Shown here piece after piece: positions 28,318 to 42,658 of a DNA stretch of 64,000 nt. A program made the position numbers and the translations under genes. A model generated the notes under the pieces. That model saw nothing but the letters and a program-made list of their open reading frames with translations, ran no database searches and had not been told where the DNA came from. The DNA comes from Octopus vulgaris (taxonomy: Eukaryota), in the NCBI GenBank assembly GCA_951406725.2, contig OX597836.1, positions 32,674,001-32,738,000 on the forward strand, in the 5' to 3' direction. The first letter of the stretch is position 1. Each line of letters begins with the position of its first letter.

Positions 28318-28761
28318 TTATATTTAAAATTAATTGAAAGAAACACAGAGCATCTCAAAATAAATATGGTAACGAAAGGGTCAATTCTGAAATATAACGG
28401 AAACTTTAGTAAAATAACTTTGTTGTTACTAAGCTGGTATTTGGAACATAAATGAACATGAAATTTTCGTGGAATGTCTTAAATCAAATCACTTTGAAAC
28501 AGAATGTTTGTATCATAGAAACAGGTCAATACCTAATATTTTGACAAAATCCTCATCATATCCTGCTATCTCCACCAGCAGAAGAATGTGTACTAGTATG
28601 AGACAGTTGCCTCCATTGTATGAATCTTAGTTATCAGCTATACCTCATCTTAGTTTCATTAGCCATACTCTTTCTATGCTAGTTTAGGGCATGTTAGAAA
28701 TAATATCAATTTTGGAATTTTCTTTCCCCTAGATCAGTAATTCTCAACTAGTCTCCTAGAT

Positions 28762-29114
28762 CAGTAGTTCTCAACCAGGGTTCATATGGCCCCTGAAGGT
28801 CCATATAAGGATCTGGTGGGGTCCACCCTACAAAATAGTAAATTAGGGATCCACAATAGTATTTTAAGGGGCCCTGGAAAAATTTTGCTTTAGAATGTAT
28901 GCAATGGTACGTATTGCAAAAATCAGCAAGTTTTTCTTTCTCTTGACATTTTTCATAGTTCAACCTACACAAGTTAATGTGAGAAAAACAAAATGGGAAT
29001 TTTGAAAGAAGTTTCTTTAAAACTAGTTTTTAGCAGAGAATAGCCAAGGAGGTCCACTAGCATAAAATAGTAATCAAAGGGGTCCATAGATAAAAAAATG
29101 ATTGAGAACCCCTG
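28762..29114. mobile_element. hAT-type MITE
   Basis: TIRs cagtagttctcaa / ttgagaacccctg and a near-perfect 8-bp TSD (tcctagat / tcctagag). A decayed relative lies at about 51711-51927. Confidence 0.7.
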
Positions 29115-29214
29115 TCCTAGAGAGAGGGGCATGGATTAGTGGTTTGGATGCTGGATTCATGATCATCAGGTTGTAATTTCAATTCCTGGAATGGACAATG
29201 CATTGTGTTCTTGT

Positions 29215-29545
29215 GTTCAGATGGTGCTTTTTTATGTGCCACTGGCACAGGAGCTAGTGAGGGGTTACTGGCATCAACCACATTCGGATGGTGCTTTTTA
29301 CATGTCACTGGCACAGGAGCCAGTCAGGGGGTACTGGCAATAGTCACAATCATTTGGTGCTTTTTACGTGCCACCGGCATGGGAGTCAGTCAGGCAGACC
29401 TGGCATTGACCACATTCAGATGGTGCTTTTTATGTGCTACCGGCATGGGAGCCAGTCCGGGAGTACTGGCATTGGCCACATTCAGATGGTGCTTTTTACA
29501 TGTCACCAGCACAGGGAGCCAGTCAGGAGCACCAGCCCCAGCTAC
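29215..29545 (-). repeat. 66-bp tandem array (about 5 units) belonging to SINE-like family 4
   Basis: ggtgcttttta recurs every 66 bp. The same unit lies on the opposite strand at 34040-34300 and heads copies ending catggaaagcggacgttaaacgatgatg (39495-39810, 39900-40100, 40755-41022, 51224-51470). Confidence 0.8.
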
Positions 29546-29942
29546 AATATTGGTTTTACTTGACTCAAAAGGTCTTCTCAAGCAGATTATATCACCCGAT
29601 ATGTCTCAACTTATGTCTGTATTTGGTTCCAAGACGTCTGACTTTACTTGAAAAATGACGTAATAAGAAAAAAACATTTTCAAAAATTTATTAGCTCATA
29701 TCTGTTTCAATAAATAATTTGTACACATTTTCACTTGTATTTTATTTAATTCTCCACTTCAGTTTTAGTTTTTAGATGCTTTTTTTCTTTGTTTTTATTT
29801 TTATGCTTTTGAATATAATTGCTGAGACCAACATAAAGTTGGTTAAATCAAGTGAAGTTGATTAAATTCCTTAAAAATATGCATAAAGTTGAAAAAGATG
29901 TAACTAAAAAAACAAGATTAAGTTGAACTATGCCTGTGTGTA

Positions 29943-29990
<48 letters not shown>

Positions 29991-30998
29991 CATTTATGTG
30001 TGTGTATGTATATGTATAGGCATGTATGTCTGTATATGTGTGTGTGTATATATATGTGTGTATATATATGTGTGTGTGTTTATGCAATTATGTTTGTGTG
30101 TGTGTATATATATATTTATATATATATATATATATATATATTCATTTATGTGTGTGTGTGTGTATATGTATAGGCATGTATGTCTGTATATGTGTGTGTA
30201 TATATATGTGTGTATATGTGTGTGTGTTTATGCAATTATGTTTGTGTGTGTGTGAGTGTAGTGGCCAAGTAGTTAAGGTGTTGCACTCATGATTTAGCAA
30301 TCTTGATGTCAATTCCTAGACTGGGTGGTACATTGTGTTCTTGAGCAAAACACTTCATCCCACATGGCTCTGCCATCACTTCGACACCTGATGCATGGTA
30401 CACAGTGCACCCGTTTAGACAACATCGATTTGATGGAAAGAGTGAGCCAATGTGTGGCATGAGCATTTGGTTACCATAAACAAATTATTTGTACAAATCG
30501 TTTGGCAAAAATGCTCATACATTGTCTTCAATGGGAGAGTCCATCATATCTATATATTTATAAATATGAAATATTTTATAATTAAGGAGTGGCTGTGTGG
30601 TAAGTTGCTTGCTTACCAACCACATGGTTCTGGTTTCAGTCCCAATGCGTAGCACCTTGGGCAAGTGTCTTCTACTATAGCCTCGGGCCAACCAAAGCCT
30701 TGTGAGTGGATTTGGCAGGCGGAAACTGAAAGAAGCCCGTCGTATATATGTATATATGTGTGTGTGTGTGCGTGTGTGTTTGTGTGTCTGTGTTTGTCCC
30801 CCTAGCATTGCTTGACATCCGATGCTGGTGTGTTTATGTCCCCGTCACTTAGCGGTTCGGCAAAAGAGACCTATAGAATAAGTACTGGGCTTACAAAGAA
30901 TAAGTCCTGGGGTCGAGTTGCTCGATTAAAGGTGGTGCTCCAGCATGGCTGCAGTCAAATGACTGAAACAAATAAAAGAATAAAAGAGTAAAAAGAGT

Positions 30999-31270
30999 AT
31001 ATACATAAATATAATTATAATCAGGGGTCAGTTAATTGCTTCGCCACATACCGAAATAAGAAATAGAAGCTGATGCCATTTCAACTACCATAAGTATCTC
31101 TGAGACAATAATACACTTTTTTATGTAGGCAAAAAGAAAAATGGTGAATCCACACATGTTATTGTCTCGGAGATACTTATGGTAGTTGAAATAGCATTAG
31201 CTTCTATTTCTAATTTCAGTATATGGTGAAGCAATTAGCTGACCCATGATTATAATTACATTTATGTATA
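30999..31270. repeat. Inverted repeat with arms of about 112 bp
   Basis: 30999-31111 is the reverse complement of 31159-31270, with scattered transitions. Confidence 0.85.
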
Positions 31271-31813
31271 TAATTATAGACTATTTTGTATAATTCACCT
31301 ATAAAGGTTATTTTAATGTACTGACTACTTGGTAAAATTATTAATTATTGATCAATTAATTAATTGATTAATTATTTAATTAATCTTACCCTATATTATT
31401 ATTATTTATATATATATATATATATGTGTGTGTATTTTTATGAATATGTGGACTAAGTGGAACAGGAGGATACATGTGGATAGAAAGTGGACGTTAAACA
31501 ATGATGATGATATAGATATATCTTTTATCTTTTACCTGTTTCAGTTATTAGACTGCGTCCATGCTGGGGCACCGCCTTGAAGAATTTTTAATCAAATGAA
31601 TTGACCCCAGTACTTATTTTTTTAAGCCTGGTACTTATTCTATCAGGCTCTTTTGCCGAACTGCTAAGTTACGGAGACATAACCACACCAGCACCAGTTG
31701 TCAAGTGGTGATGAGGTGGACAAACAGACACGCACAAACATAGATATATATACACACATATATATACATATATATATATATACATATATATATATTTATA
31801 TACATACATATTT

Positions 31814-31850
<37 letters not shown>

Positions 31851-32699
31851 TATATACAACAGGCTTCTTTCAGTTTCTAACTACCGAATCCACTCTCAAG
31901 GCATTTGTTGGCCCAAGGCTATAGTAGAAGGCACTCGCCCAAGGTGTCACACAATGGGACTGAACCTAGAACCACAAGGTTGGCAAGCAAGCTTCTTACC
32001 ACATGCATATGTGCAAGTACATGTGTGTGTGTATGTGTGTGTATGAGTGTGTATACCTTAAAAATTCTTAGTATACCCTTTTGTATATTGCATACCATCC
32101 CTTACCACTTTTTTTCTTTTTTTTTCCACACTTTATGTTTTGTGTTCTTTCTCTGTAAAACCCTGAGTGTAAGTTTCGTGTGTGTTTTGTATCTTTCCGA
32201 GCCCTTGTGGTTAAGAGCAAAAAGACCGTCATCATCATCATTATCTTTAGCATCATCGTTATCATCATCACCACCGCCACCACCACCCATTAGAAATCTG
32301 CAAAAAAAAAAGCACAAAAACAAAAAAAAAATACAGAAAAGGATAAAGAAACCAAAAATTCCAATTAACTACATAATTTACACACTTGTTATTTTATAGC
32401 TTTCAAAATATTTGACGCAAAGTTGCTTGCAGCTAATGAATAAGACTGAAATTTAATTAGTCAGCGAAAAATGAATAAATACATAAACAAATAAATAAAT
32501 AGATGGATAAATAAACAAATAAATAAATAAATAAACAAAAAAAAGTTGTTTTCAAAGTTTGCTATTTAATGAGTTTGTCTGGGAAAGCAAGACATCACCA
32601 CCCATTGCCTGTGGTGGCGATTTGGTCGGTGCTGTCACAAAGATCTAAAGAAAGGTCTTAAACATTGACTGATATCAGAGGCGGTAATGCAGGGTTGTG

Positions 32700-32945
32700 G
32701 AGACACGTGGCTTAGTGGTTAAGGGTGTTGCACTCATGACCGTAAGATTTTGGTTTCGATTCCTGTACCGGGCGACACATTGTGTTCTTGAGTAAAACAC
32801 TTCATTTCACATTACCCCAGTCCACTCAGCTGGCAAATATGAGTCATCCTGCGAGGGACTGGCGTCCTGTCCAGGTGGGGTAATTTATACGCCATAGAAA
32901 CTGGGAAACCAGCCCTACTGAGTCTCCATGACTCGGGAGGAATTT
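32700..32945 (+). mobile_element. tRNA-derived SINE family 3, representative copy
   Basis: A box tggcttagtgg, B box ggtttcgattcc, then tgtgttcttgagtaaaacactt. Relatives at about 4390-4710, 5790-6090, 30258-30545 and 57722-57980 (+), and 16500-16795, 17655-17975 and 55700-55995 (-). Confidence 0.75.
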
Positions 32946-33322
32946 TTATCTCCTTTTTTTTTAATGCAGGGTTTAAGAACTGGAGGTTTTTCTTTGTTTG
33001 TGTTATGTCGCACGTTCGGATGACTGCTATTCAGCTCCTTTCCACTACTCTATTCTGACTTCGACGTCTAGGCTTCTCCCTCTATATCTACATATTGGGC
33101 TAGCCTACTTCATCGTCTGGGGGCGTCCACACAACAATTTGTTTTATTGTAGGGTTGGCCATGGCCATCTAGTTAAGAAGGTCGCTTTGCAGTCACATGG
33201 TTTCAAGTTCAGTCCTGCTGCACAACACCTTTGGAAAGCGTCTTTTATTATAACTCTGGACTGATCAATGCCTTAAGTTTGGTAGACAGAAACTGTGAAG
33301 ATGCCCATTGTGTGTGAGTGTT

Positions 33323-33371
<49 letters not shown>

Positions 33372-34039
33372 AGAGAGAGAGAGAGAGATGTATTATATAT
33401 ATATAGCCAATACAAAGAAAACAGGTTCCTCTTATAAGGATGAAAACATTCAATTTATCACTGGCTTTACTGTTTAATACCCAATTTATTAAAGAAAAAC
33501 TTTATAATTCACATGTGTATGTATTAGATTTATAAAAATGGAAAGTAAATGGAGAAAAGCAATTGTCAATTCAAAAATTAAAATTTCTCAACATAATATT
33601 ATATTATATTATATTTATATAATAATATAATATGATAAATACAAATTACATGCAATTTTTTCAATTCTTACCCATAATAAAATTATAAAAATCCATGTTT
33701 GTAAGAATCTCTTCAGTATAATGTTTGATATATGAGGAGTGACAGAACAATATAAGCCCTTGATGGAAAAAACTAGATTTTTCTGTCAAGAGGGCTTATA
33801 TGCCGATTGTTAGATTGTTTTCTTTAGTCATTGTGCAGTGATCGCTTATAAGCTTTAAGCTTATAAAATGCTGTTATTATTATTTACAGAACTGTAAAAT
33901 AGACACTGCTTACCAAAAGCCATTGCAGAATATATATGTATGGGGTGTGAGATTGAGTCAGGATGACACTTCAGATTTGCTTTAATATTATTATTACTAT
34001 TGTTGCTGTTGTTATTTAAATCAATTTTAACACAATTCT

Positions 34040-34300
34040 TTGATGCCAGTGCCCACTGACTGGCTCCTGTACCCGTAGCACGTAAAAAGCACCATCCGAA
34101 TGTGGTCAATGCCAAGTTCAACTGACTGGCTCCCGTGCCGGTGGTATGTAAAAAGCACCACCCAAACATGATCGATGCCAGTGCCACCTGACTGGCTCCC
34201 ATGCCTGTGGCATGTAAAAAGCATCATCCAAATGTGGTTGATGCCAGTGCCACATGAGTGGCTTCCATGTCAGTGGCATGTAAAAAGCACCCACTACACT
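34040..34300 (+). repeat. 66-bp tandem array (4 units)
   Basis: aaaaagca at 34084, 34150, 34216 and 34282. Confidence 0.8.
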
Positions 34301-35297
34301 TTATCGTTACTGTTGTTTTAACATCCTCCTTTCCATGCTTGCATGGGTCGGACAGAGCTTATTGAGGTAGGTTTTCTGTGGTTGGATGCCCTTCTTGTCA
34401 CTAACACTCACCAATTTCCAAACAAAGTAAATATCCCCCAGCCCCCAGGGGGCAGAAATGTCATTGTAGAATATTAGAAATAGATGACATCCATTTACAA
34501 GATTCACACAATGCCAGAACTAGAAGACACAAACATTCTCACATTCACACTACACATACATGTATACATACATGCATATATACATACATGCATACATACA
34601 TACATACATACATACATACATACATACATACATACATACATACATACATACATACATACATACACACACATGTATGTGTGTGTATGTATATATATTTTTA
34701 TATATATATATGTTTTCATCCAAAATGGAGACAAACACCATTTGTCCATGTGATCAGCTTGAAAAAGTGTTAAGATATTTTTCTTAACATGAAACCAATG
34801 GTAGCCTTAATACACACACTTAGTGGTTCAGCAAAAGAGACTGATAGAATAAGTACTAGGCTTACAAAAGAATAAGTCCTGGGGTCGATTTTTTTTACTG
34901 AAGGCAGCATCCCAGCATGACCACAGTAAGATGACTGAAACAAATAAAAGAATAAAATAATAAACGAAAATCTCAAAATATGATAATATATATATATTTA
35001 TATATACTATGCTCCATTGTAATGTGTATATTGTGTGTTTTGATTTTTAAGTTGCCAGATATACTCAGCCAGTGTCTAAATTCCACTGGTCCTGACCCCC
35101 AGCATCATACCCCTTCCCCCAATCACTTTTACTATCTCTGTAGGATGACCATAACTTGAACCCAATTGGTTGCTTAAACTACAATCATTCCTTGACATCT
35201 ACAAGTATTTTTACAGCTAACTCTAAGGAAATATCAAACACTAATATATATTTCTTTATTGCCCACAAGGGGCTAAACACTAATATATCTATCACTG

Positions 35298-35359
<62 letters not shown>

Positions 35360-35677
35360 GGAGGAACCCCTTGCAACTACAACTTGTAATTGTAAAAATA
35401 CAGTCAAGTGCCCTTTGAAAGGAAATTGTTTCTCAAAACTTATCATTTATAGATGTCAAGTGATTACCAGTGCAACTCAATGAGAATAAGTAGGCACTAT
35501 GCCCAACAGATTTAAGAAGCACTTTTACATGCATGCCCACTCTTCTTCACTGGCTGAGTACATCTGGCAACTTAAAAAAATATGTATGTATATATTATTT
35601 ATATATATAATTTAGAGAAAAAACCTCTATTAAACAATTCAATAATGAAAAATGTTATTCACACTATATAGAAAACA

Positions 35678-36069
35678 TCTTTATTTATAAAAGTGAGGTT
35701 GTGTGCTGTCTGTCTCCTATGATTTAGATTCCTAACTACTCCCATATTTTTTGGTGCATTTTAACCAAAACTATCTTATAGTCGTGATTCATATCGAGCC
35801 CTTCTGGGTATTAGCGCGCGTCTACGATGAGTCTACGATTTAAAAAATAATTTAGCATCAATTTTTCCCATTTTTAATGCATTTTTGGCATATATAAGGG
35901 AAGTAACTCTCTAAAAATTTATTATTAAATCTCAGAACGTAAAAAGCTACAGTAACAACCCCCCTTTGTGGTTAGCCATATTGGGATGGCTATTATACTT
36001 TACATCTCTAAAAATGCTTATATAGTGATTTCCCTTACAAACCTAAGCAACGCCGGGCAATACTGCTAG
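35678..36069 (+). mobile_element. Non-autonomous Helitron
   Basis: Starts TC and ends gcaacgccgggcaatactgCTAG. Removing it restores gaaaaca|tatactac, which matches the opposite arm of the host inverted repeat, so insertion is at A|T with no TSD. Confidence 0.85.
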
Positions 36070-36310
36070 TATACTACAAAAACCTTATTCTAAAAATCAA
36101 TAAAGTAAAATAAATAGTAAATAGTTTTTATAGTATATGTTTTCTATATGGTGTGAATAACATCTTTCATTATTGAATTGTTTAATAGAGGTTTTTCTCT
36201 AAATTATATATATATATATATATATATTATATATTGTGAAATTTGATTTAAAATTGTTAAATTGAATTTTTCCCTGTAAGTTTTGGAATTATATTCCCTA
36301 CTACTACTAC

Positions 36311-36375
<65 letters not shown>

Positions 36376-37651
36376 ATGGGCTTCTTTCAATTTCTGACTT
36401 TCCAAATCCATGATGATATCAATATTCATTATAATCATCAGCAAATCTAGTGACAACAAGCTAATCTGGAGGCTACAACTTCATCATTTCACTTCACCTG
36501 CTAAAAATAGTAGCTAAATTCCCCTTCAAAATACACCATGTAGTTTTGTAAAAGGAAGACACATTGAATAATGTAGTCTTAGATCCACAATGCCAGGTAA
36601 ATGAATGGGATGGTCATTGCTGGAATGCCATTGATCATATGTAGGGATGACTTAGGAGATAAACACCAACATTTATTTCTTTATTGCCCACAGTGGGGCT
36701 AAACATAGAGGGGACAAACAAGGACAGATAAAGGGATTAAGTCGATTACATTGACCCCAGTGTGTAACTGGTACTTATTTAAGTGGTCCTGAAAGGATGA
36801 AAGGCTAAGTCAATGTCAGTGGAATTTGAACTCTGAGCGTAGCGGCAGATGAAATACCGCTTAGCTGTTCACCTGGCGTGCTAACAATTCTGCCAGCTCA
36901 CTGCCTTAAAAACCATTATTAATAATCCTTTCTACTATAGACACAAGGATTGAAATGTGTGCGAAGGGGGAAAGTTGAAAGGATGAAGGACAAAGTTGAC
37001 CTCAGCAGAATTTGAACTCAGAACGCAAAGACGGGTGAAATGCTGCTAAACATTTTCCTTGGTCTGCTAACAGTTCTGCCAGCTCGCTGCCTTAAAATCA
37101 ACAGTAATGATACCTATCGAGAAAGTGCAGGCCAGGTGTGTTTACCCTAATGCCAGCACCTGAGAAGTTCTCTCAAGAAGTTCTCTGAATATTTTTCATT
37201 CCCTTGATGTCAAATTAAGTCTCTCCGAGCTTGATATATGATCATAACAGAAAGCATTCAGTTATTTAAATCTCCTCCATAAAGATATTCTGCTGTATTT
37301 AAAAGATTAATTCTAATTTAAATATGTAATTCGATTCTGTTTTTTACTTTGTTTTGTGCGAGTAAATTTTTAAAGGCTTAAAAGTAATATTCTAAACTTT
37401 TAGATAAATAGATAGATGGATGGTATGGTTTAGTTGATGGATGGGTTGATGGGCAGGCTGGCTTTTCCCCCCCCTCTATTTACATTTTAGATCATCATCA
37501 TCATCATTGATTTTTATGTCTGCTTGTCCATGCTCACATTGGTTGGACAAAATTATGTTGGGATGGATTTTATATGACTGGATACCCTTCCTGTTACTTG
37601 TCTCCAAGTAAGGTAATATTTCCTCATAACAAGCTATGCTTTTATAGAAAA

Positions 37652-38143
37652 CTAGCAGTATCGCCCGGCGTTGCTCGGGTTTGTAAGGGAAATAACTATA
37701 AAGCATTTTTAGAGAGTTATAGCCAAAAAATAGCAAAAAATGCATTAAAACTGGAAAAAAATTATGGTAAATTTTTTTTTAAATCGTTGACTCATCGTAG
37801 ACATTTTTAGAGAGTTACTGCCCTTTATTTAAAAAATATGCGTTAAAATGGAAAAAAATTATGGTAAATTATTTTTAAAATCGTAGACTCATCGTAGACA
37901 TTTTTAGAGAGTTACTGCCCTTTATTTAAAAAATATGCGTTAAAATGGAAAAAAATTATGGTAAATTATTTTTAAAATTGTAGACTCATCGTAGACGTGC
38001 ACTAATACCCAGAAGGGCTCGATATGAATCACGACTATAAGATACCCGGTTTTGGTTAAACTGCATCGCAAAATGTGGGAGTAGTTAGGAATCTAAATCG
38101 AAGGGGACAGACACTCACACAACTACAGTTTTATATATAAAGA
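37652..38143 (-). mobile_element. Non-autonomous Helitron with an internal 97-bp tandem repeat
   Basis: Reverse-complement relative of 35678-36069 (ctagcagtatcgcccggcgttgctcggg...ttttatatataaaga). ctcatcgtagac recurs at 37791, 37888 and 37985. Confidence 0.85.
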
Positions 38144-39457
38144 TTAGGAATGAAGGACACCTTGATGTGTAATATGATCTCAAGGCAAAGAGACAGTAGC
38201 ACATATGGTCACAAAATATATATACATGATAAAATTAAATTAACCCTATCGCACCATGTTCCCTGTATAGCGGAAATAACCTAAACATAATCTCTACCAG
38301 ATTCATGTTAAATTAATGAAATTATAGGTGCAGGAGTGGCTGTGTGGTAAGTAGCTTGCTTACCAACCACATTGTTCTGGGTTCAGTCCCACTGTGTGGC
38401 ACCTTGGGCATGTGTCTTCTACTATAGCCTCAGGCCGACCAGAGTCTTGTGAGTGGATTTGGTAGACGGAAACTGAAAAGAAGCCCGTTATCATCATCAT
38501 CATCATCGTTTAGTGTCTGCTTTCCATGCTAGCATGGGTTGGACATGGGTTGTATATATGTATATGTATATATATGTGTGTCTGTGTGTTTGTCCCCCCA
38601 ACATCGCTTGAGAACCGATACTGGTGTGTTTACGTCCCCATAAGGTAGAAGTCTGGCAAAAGAGACCAATAGAATAAGTACTAGGCTTACAAAGAGTAAG
38701 TCCTGGGGTAGACTTGCTCGACTAAAGGCGGTGCTCCAGCATGGCCACAGTCAAATGACTGTAACAAGTAAAAGAGTAACACATAGGGAAAAGAAGATAA
38801 AATACTGAAAATAGACAATTGATCATGTTGCAGCTTTGTAGTCAAGTGTGTTTATGACTCATTGTTAATGACCTCCCCCATAGCTGTTTACTTTTGTTTT
38901 TAATTGAAAAACGAATTTTTAGTGATGAAATGAGCTTGTGATGAACCTAGCATCTCATCTGGTAAACAAACAAAGCCTAGACTCTTTACAGTTGAGGAAA
39001 TTATTGATGATATTTATTCTTCAGACAAAGAGTGTACACTTACACAGGCAACAAGAGTAATGTAGACAGTCAAATTGGTGAAAGAGATGAGGAAATTAAC
39101 AATTCGGCTGGACAAATATAGTAGTTGACAGATCTATGTTGTTATTCTCGTGAATTTGTTTTGTACTTCTGTCCATTAGTGAGAGAAAGACTTATTCTTA
39201 TTATTCGCCTAAACATTTTCTTCTTGTGTTTCTGTCAAATGTGTGGCTCTTCTCACATAGCAAGTACCCTGCCACGTGTGGGAACATATATCTGCACATA
39301 GAAGCAGCAGATTTGTATAGGATTGCAGTGTTGGTTCCAGTCTCTGCATTCTCAGGCATCTTTTCAGTTCCCTCTGCCATCATGGGCTTCCTTGCTAGGG
39401 TGCTACCTTTGGCTATGATTGTCAGCTTCCCCATCTAGTCACTGCTCTGTTGTACTG

Positions 39458-39495
<38 letters not shown>

Positions 39496-41020
39496 CATCA
39501 TCATTTAACGTCTACTTTCCATGCTAGCATGGGTTGGACGATTTGACTGAGGTCTGGCAAACCAGTTGGCTGCGCCAGGCTCCAATCTGATCTGGCAGAG
39601 TTTCTACCACTGGATGCCCTTCCTAATGCCAGCCACTCCGAGAGTGTAGTGGGTGCTTTTACATGCCACCGGCATGAGGGCCAGTCAGGCAGTACTGGCA
39701 ATGGCCACACTCAAACGGTGCTTTTTATGTGCCACATGCACAGGAGCCAGTCCAGGGGCACTGGCAACAACCTCGCTTGAATGTTTTAATCATGTGCCAC
39801 CAGCACAAGTGCTAGTAAGGGGACACAGGTAACGATATATATATATATGTATATATATATGAGGCTGGCGAACACAGATGCCAGACGTTCGCCAGCCTCG
39901 TCTGGCACCTGTGTCGGTGGCACATAAAATCACCCACTACACTCTCGGAGTGGTTGGCGTTAGGAAGGGCATCCAGCTGTAGAAACACTGCCAGATCTGT
40001 CTGGCCTGGTGCAGCCTTCGGGCTTCCCAGACCCCAGTTGAACCATCCAACCCATGCTAGCATGGAAAGCGGACGTTAAACGATGATGATGATGATGATG
40101 ATATATATATATATATAAAATATAATTAAGATTCAGTTGAATTAGGTACTTAAATTGGGGCACCAAGCCAGTTCGGTATTGTCCATGAAGCTCGAAGTTA
40201 GGTGAACAAAATGCAAATAAGTAATAAGGATATCCAGGTATCAATGCATCATTGCAAGCAGCTCCATTTAATCAGGCCGTAATGCATTGATACCTGGACA
40301 CCCTTGTTACTTATTTTAATATATATGTGCTGTCTCAACTGGCACCGAGATGCATTATATACTATTTGTGTGAAAAAATCCTAAATGTAAAATTTTATCT
40401 TTAATTTTACCTTCATCTTTTACTTGTTTCAGTCATTAGCCTCTGGCCATGCCGGGGCACCACCTTGAAGAATTTTTGTTGAACTAATCAACCCCAGTAC
40501 TTATTTCCTTTCTAAGCCTCATGATTATTCTATCGGTCCCTTTTGCCTTACCACTAAGTTACAGGGACATAAACACACCAACACTAGTTTTCTAGTGGTG
40601 GTGGGGGACAAACATAGACACAAAGACACTTAAACTACAAATGTTGTGTCCTGGCTTGTCCTCTCTGTCTTTGTATTGTCTATCTGTCTGTATGTTTTTA
40701 TTGTTTTCTGTTACATTCTTATTCCATTTTTTGGATTTGTATATATATATATACTGGCACCTGTGCCGGTGGCATGTGTAAAAAGATTCGAGTGAGGTCA
40801 TTGCCAGTACTGCCTGACTGGCCCCCATGCCGGTGGCACGTAAAAAGCACCCACTACACTCTCGGAGTGGCGTTAGGAAAGGCATCCAGCTGTAGAAACT
40901 CTGCCAGATCAAGATTGGGGCGCCTGGTGCAGCCATCTGGTTTGCCAGCCCTCAGTCAAAATCGTCCAACCCATGCTAGCATGGAAAGCAGATGTTAAAC
41001 GACGACGACGATGATGATGA

Positions 41021-41095
<75 letters not shown>

Positions 41096-41251
41096 AAGAG
41101 AGAGAAAGAGAGAGAGACACACACATACACACAAAGAAAATAATTTTTTTCATGATGTAATTGATTGTTCATCAATAAAAAACATGTTTGAAACAGCTGA
41201 ACCTCAACCCATCTCTGTTATAATATGTGTGCATGTGTGTGTATTTTAATA

Positions 41252-41282
<31 letters not shown>

Positions 41283-42658
41283 ACATGTATATATGACAGG
41301 CCTTCTATACAGTTCCCTGGTGCTGTTTCATAGTAGTTGGTCAAGGCGTTGGAAGCACAGCAGGGCCAGATGCATGTGGTCCTAGCTGACATAATGTCCA
41401 CAACCAGACAAGCTGTCAGTTGGGTCATGTAGGTTTTCTGGTACTCGATGTATAACGGGTGCAAACAGCACGATTCAATCACCGAATGTCAACACTCCCT
41501 TTATAGCGACCCCTAAGTTATGGTCCCTTGTTTCAATTTTTCTTCACCAGTCATAGAGTTCTTGTGAAAAATAAAAGTTCATGGCCACCTCTTTCTGACT
41601 TTCTTTATTTTTTTTGTTTTCTTCTGACTAAATCATATTGAAGAATAATTAACAGCTCCACTCCTCCCCTTTCGAAGAGAAAAAAAAAGGGGCAATCCCA
41701 AGCGGCATATGCTTCAATAATTCATACATGAATATTTCAAAATATCCACCACCACCACCACCACCATTACTACCAACTCCATCTTCACCATTTCCCCCAA
41801 CATCATCACCATAACAGCTATCACCACCTCCACCCCACTACTCTCATCATCATCATTACCACCACCATCTTCACTGCCGCCTTCTTTACTACCGTCACCT
41901 TCACCACCACCGTCATCACCACTACCATCACCACCACTTCGACCAACTCCACTACCACACCACCACCATCACCACCTTTACTACCACCACCACCACCACC
42001 ATCACCACCTCCACTACCATCACCATAACAACTGATTATCACCACCTCCACCCCCACTACCATCATCACCTTCACCATCCCCACCACTACCACTGCTACC
42101 ACCACCATCTCCATCACCACCACCACACCACCACCACCACTTCCACTACCACCACCTCCACACCCACCAAACCTTACTAACATTTTACAGCTGGTTATGG
42201 AACCTAAACTGTAAGCAATCTATAAAAATGTGTTAATGCTTTTATGCTACACTTTTTAATTATAACGAATTTGATTTAATTAAATGCAACATTTCTTAGA
42301 AGTTAAATTAAGCTATACAAAACTAAATATGGCATGGAAATCAGTTATAAATCTTTTGCTTATTTTTTTTTTCGTGTGTTTACTTGTTTCAGTCATAGAC
42401 TGTGGTCATGCTGGAGCACTGCATTTGACAATTCTTAGTCCAATAACTTAACACCAGTAAATTTTTTTTTTTTTAAACCTAGTACTTATTCTATCAGTTT
42501 CTTTTGCCAAACTGCTAAGTTATGGGGACATAAACACACCAACACAAGTTGTCAAGTGTTGGTAGGGCAACAAACAGAGACAGAAACATAAACACAACGT
42601 ATATGGTTAGCAATTTGAGTTGCAAGACTCCTGATGTGAAATTGTGTGTTGAAACAGA

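Noticed and set aside
29205-29651. 148-aa ORF with 22-aa Cys/Trp repeats (and the 33861-34202 ORF)
   Set aside because: By-product of the 66-bp SINE-associated tandem unit, which occurs on both strands at several sites.
34040-34300. Regularly spaced 66-bp repeats resembling a CRISPR array
   Set aside because: The whole unit repeats, with no unique spacers, no cas genes and a eukaryotic intron context.
38240-39460. Possible piggyBac remnant (ttaaccc end and a Cys/His-containing minus-strand frame)
   Set aside because: No matching second terminus or catalytic motif is recognisable, and the orientation of the pieces is inconsistent.
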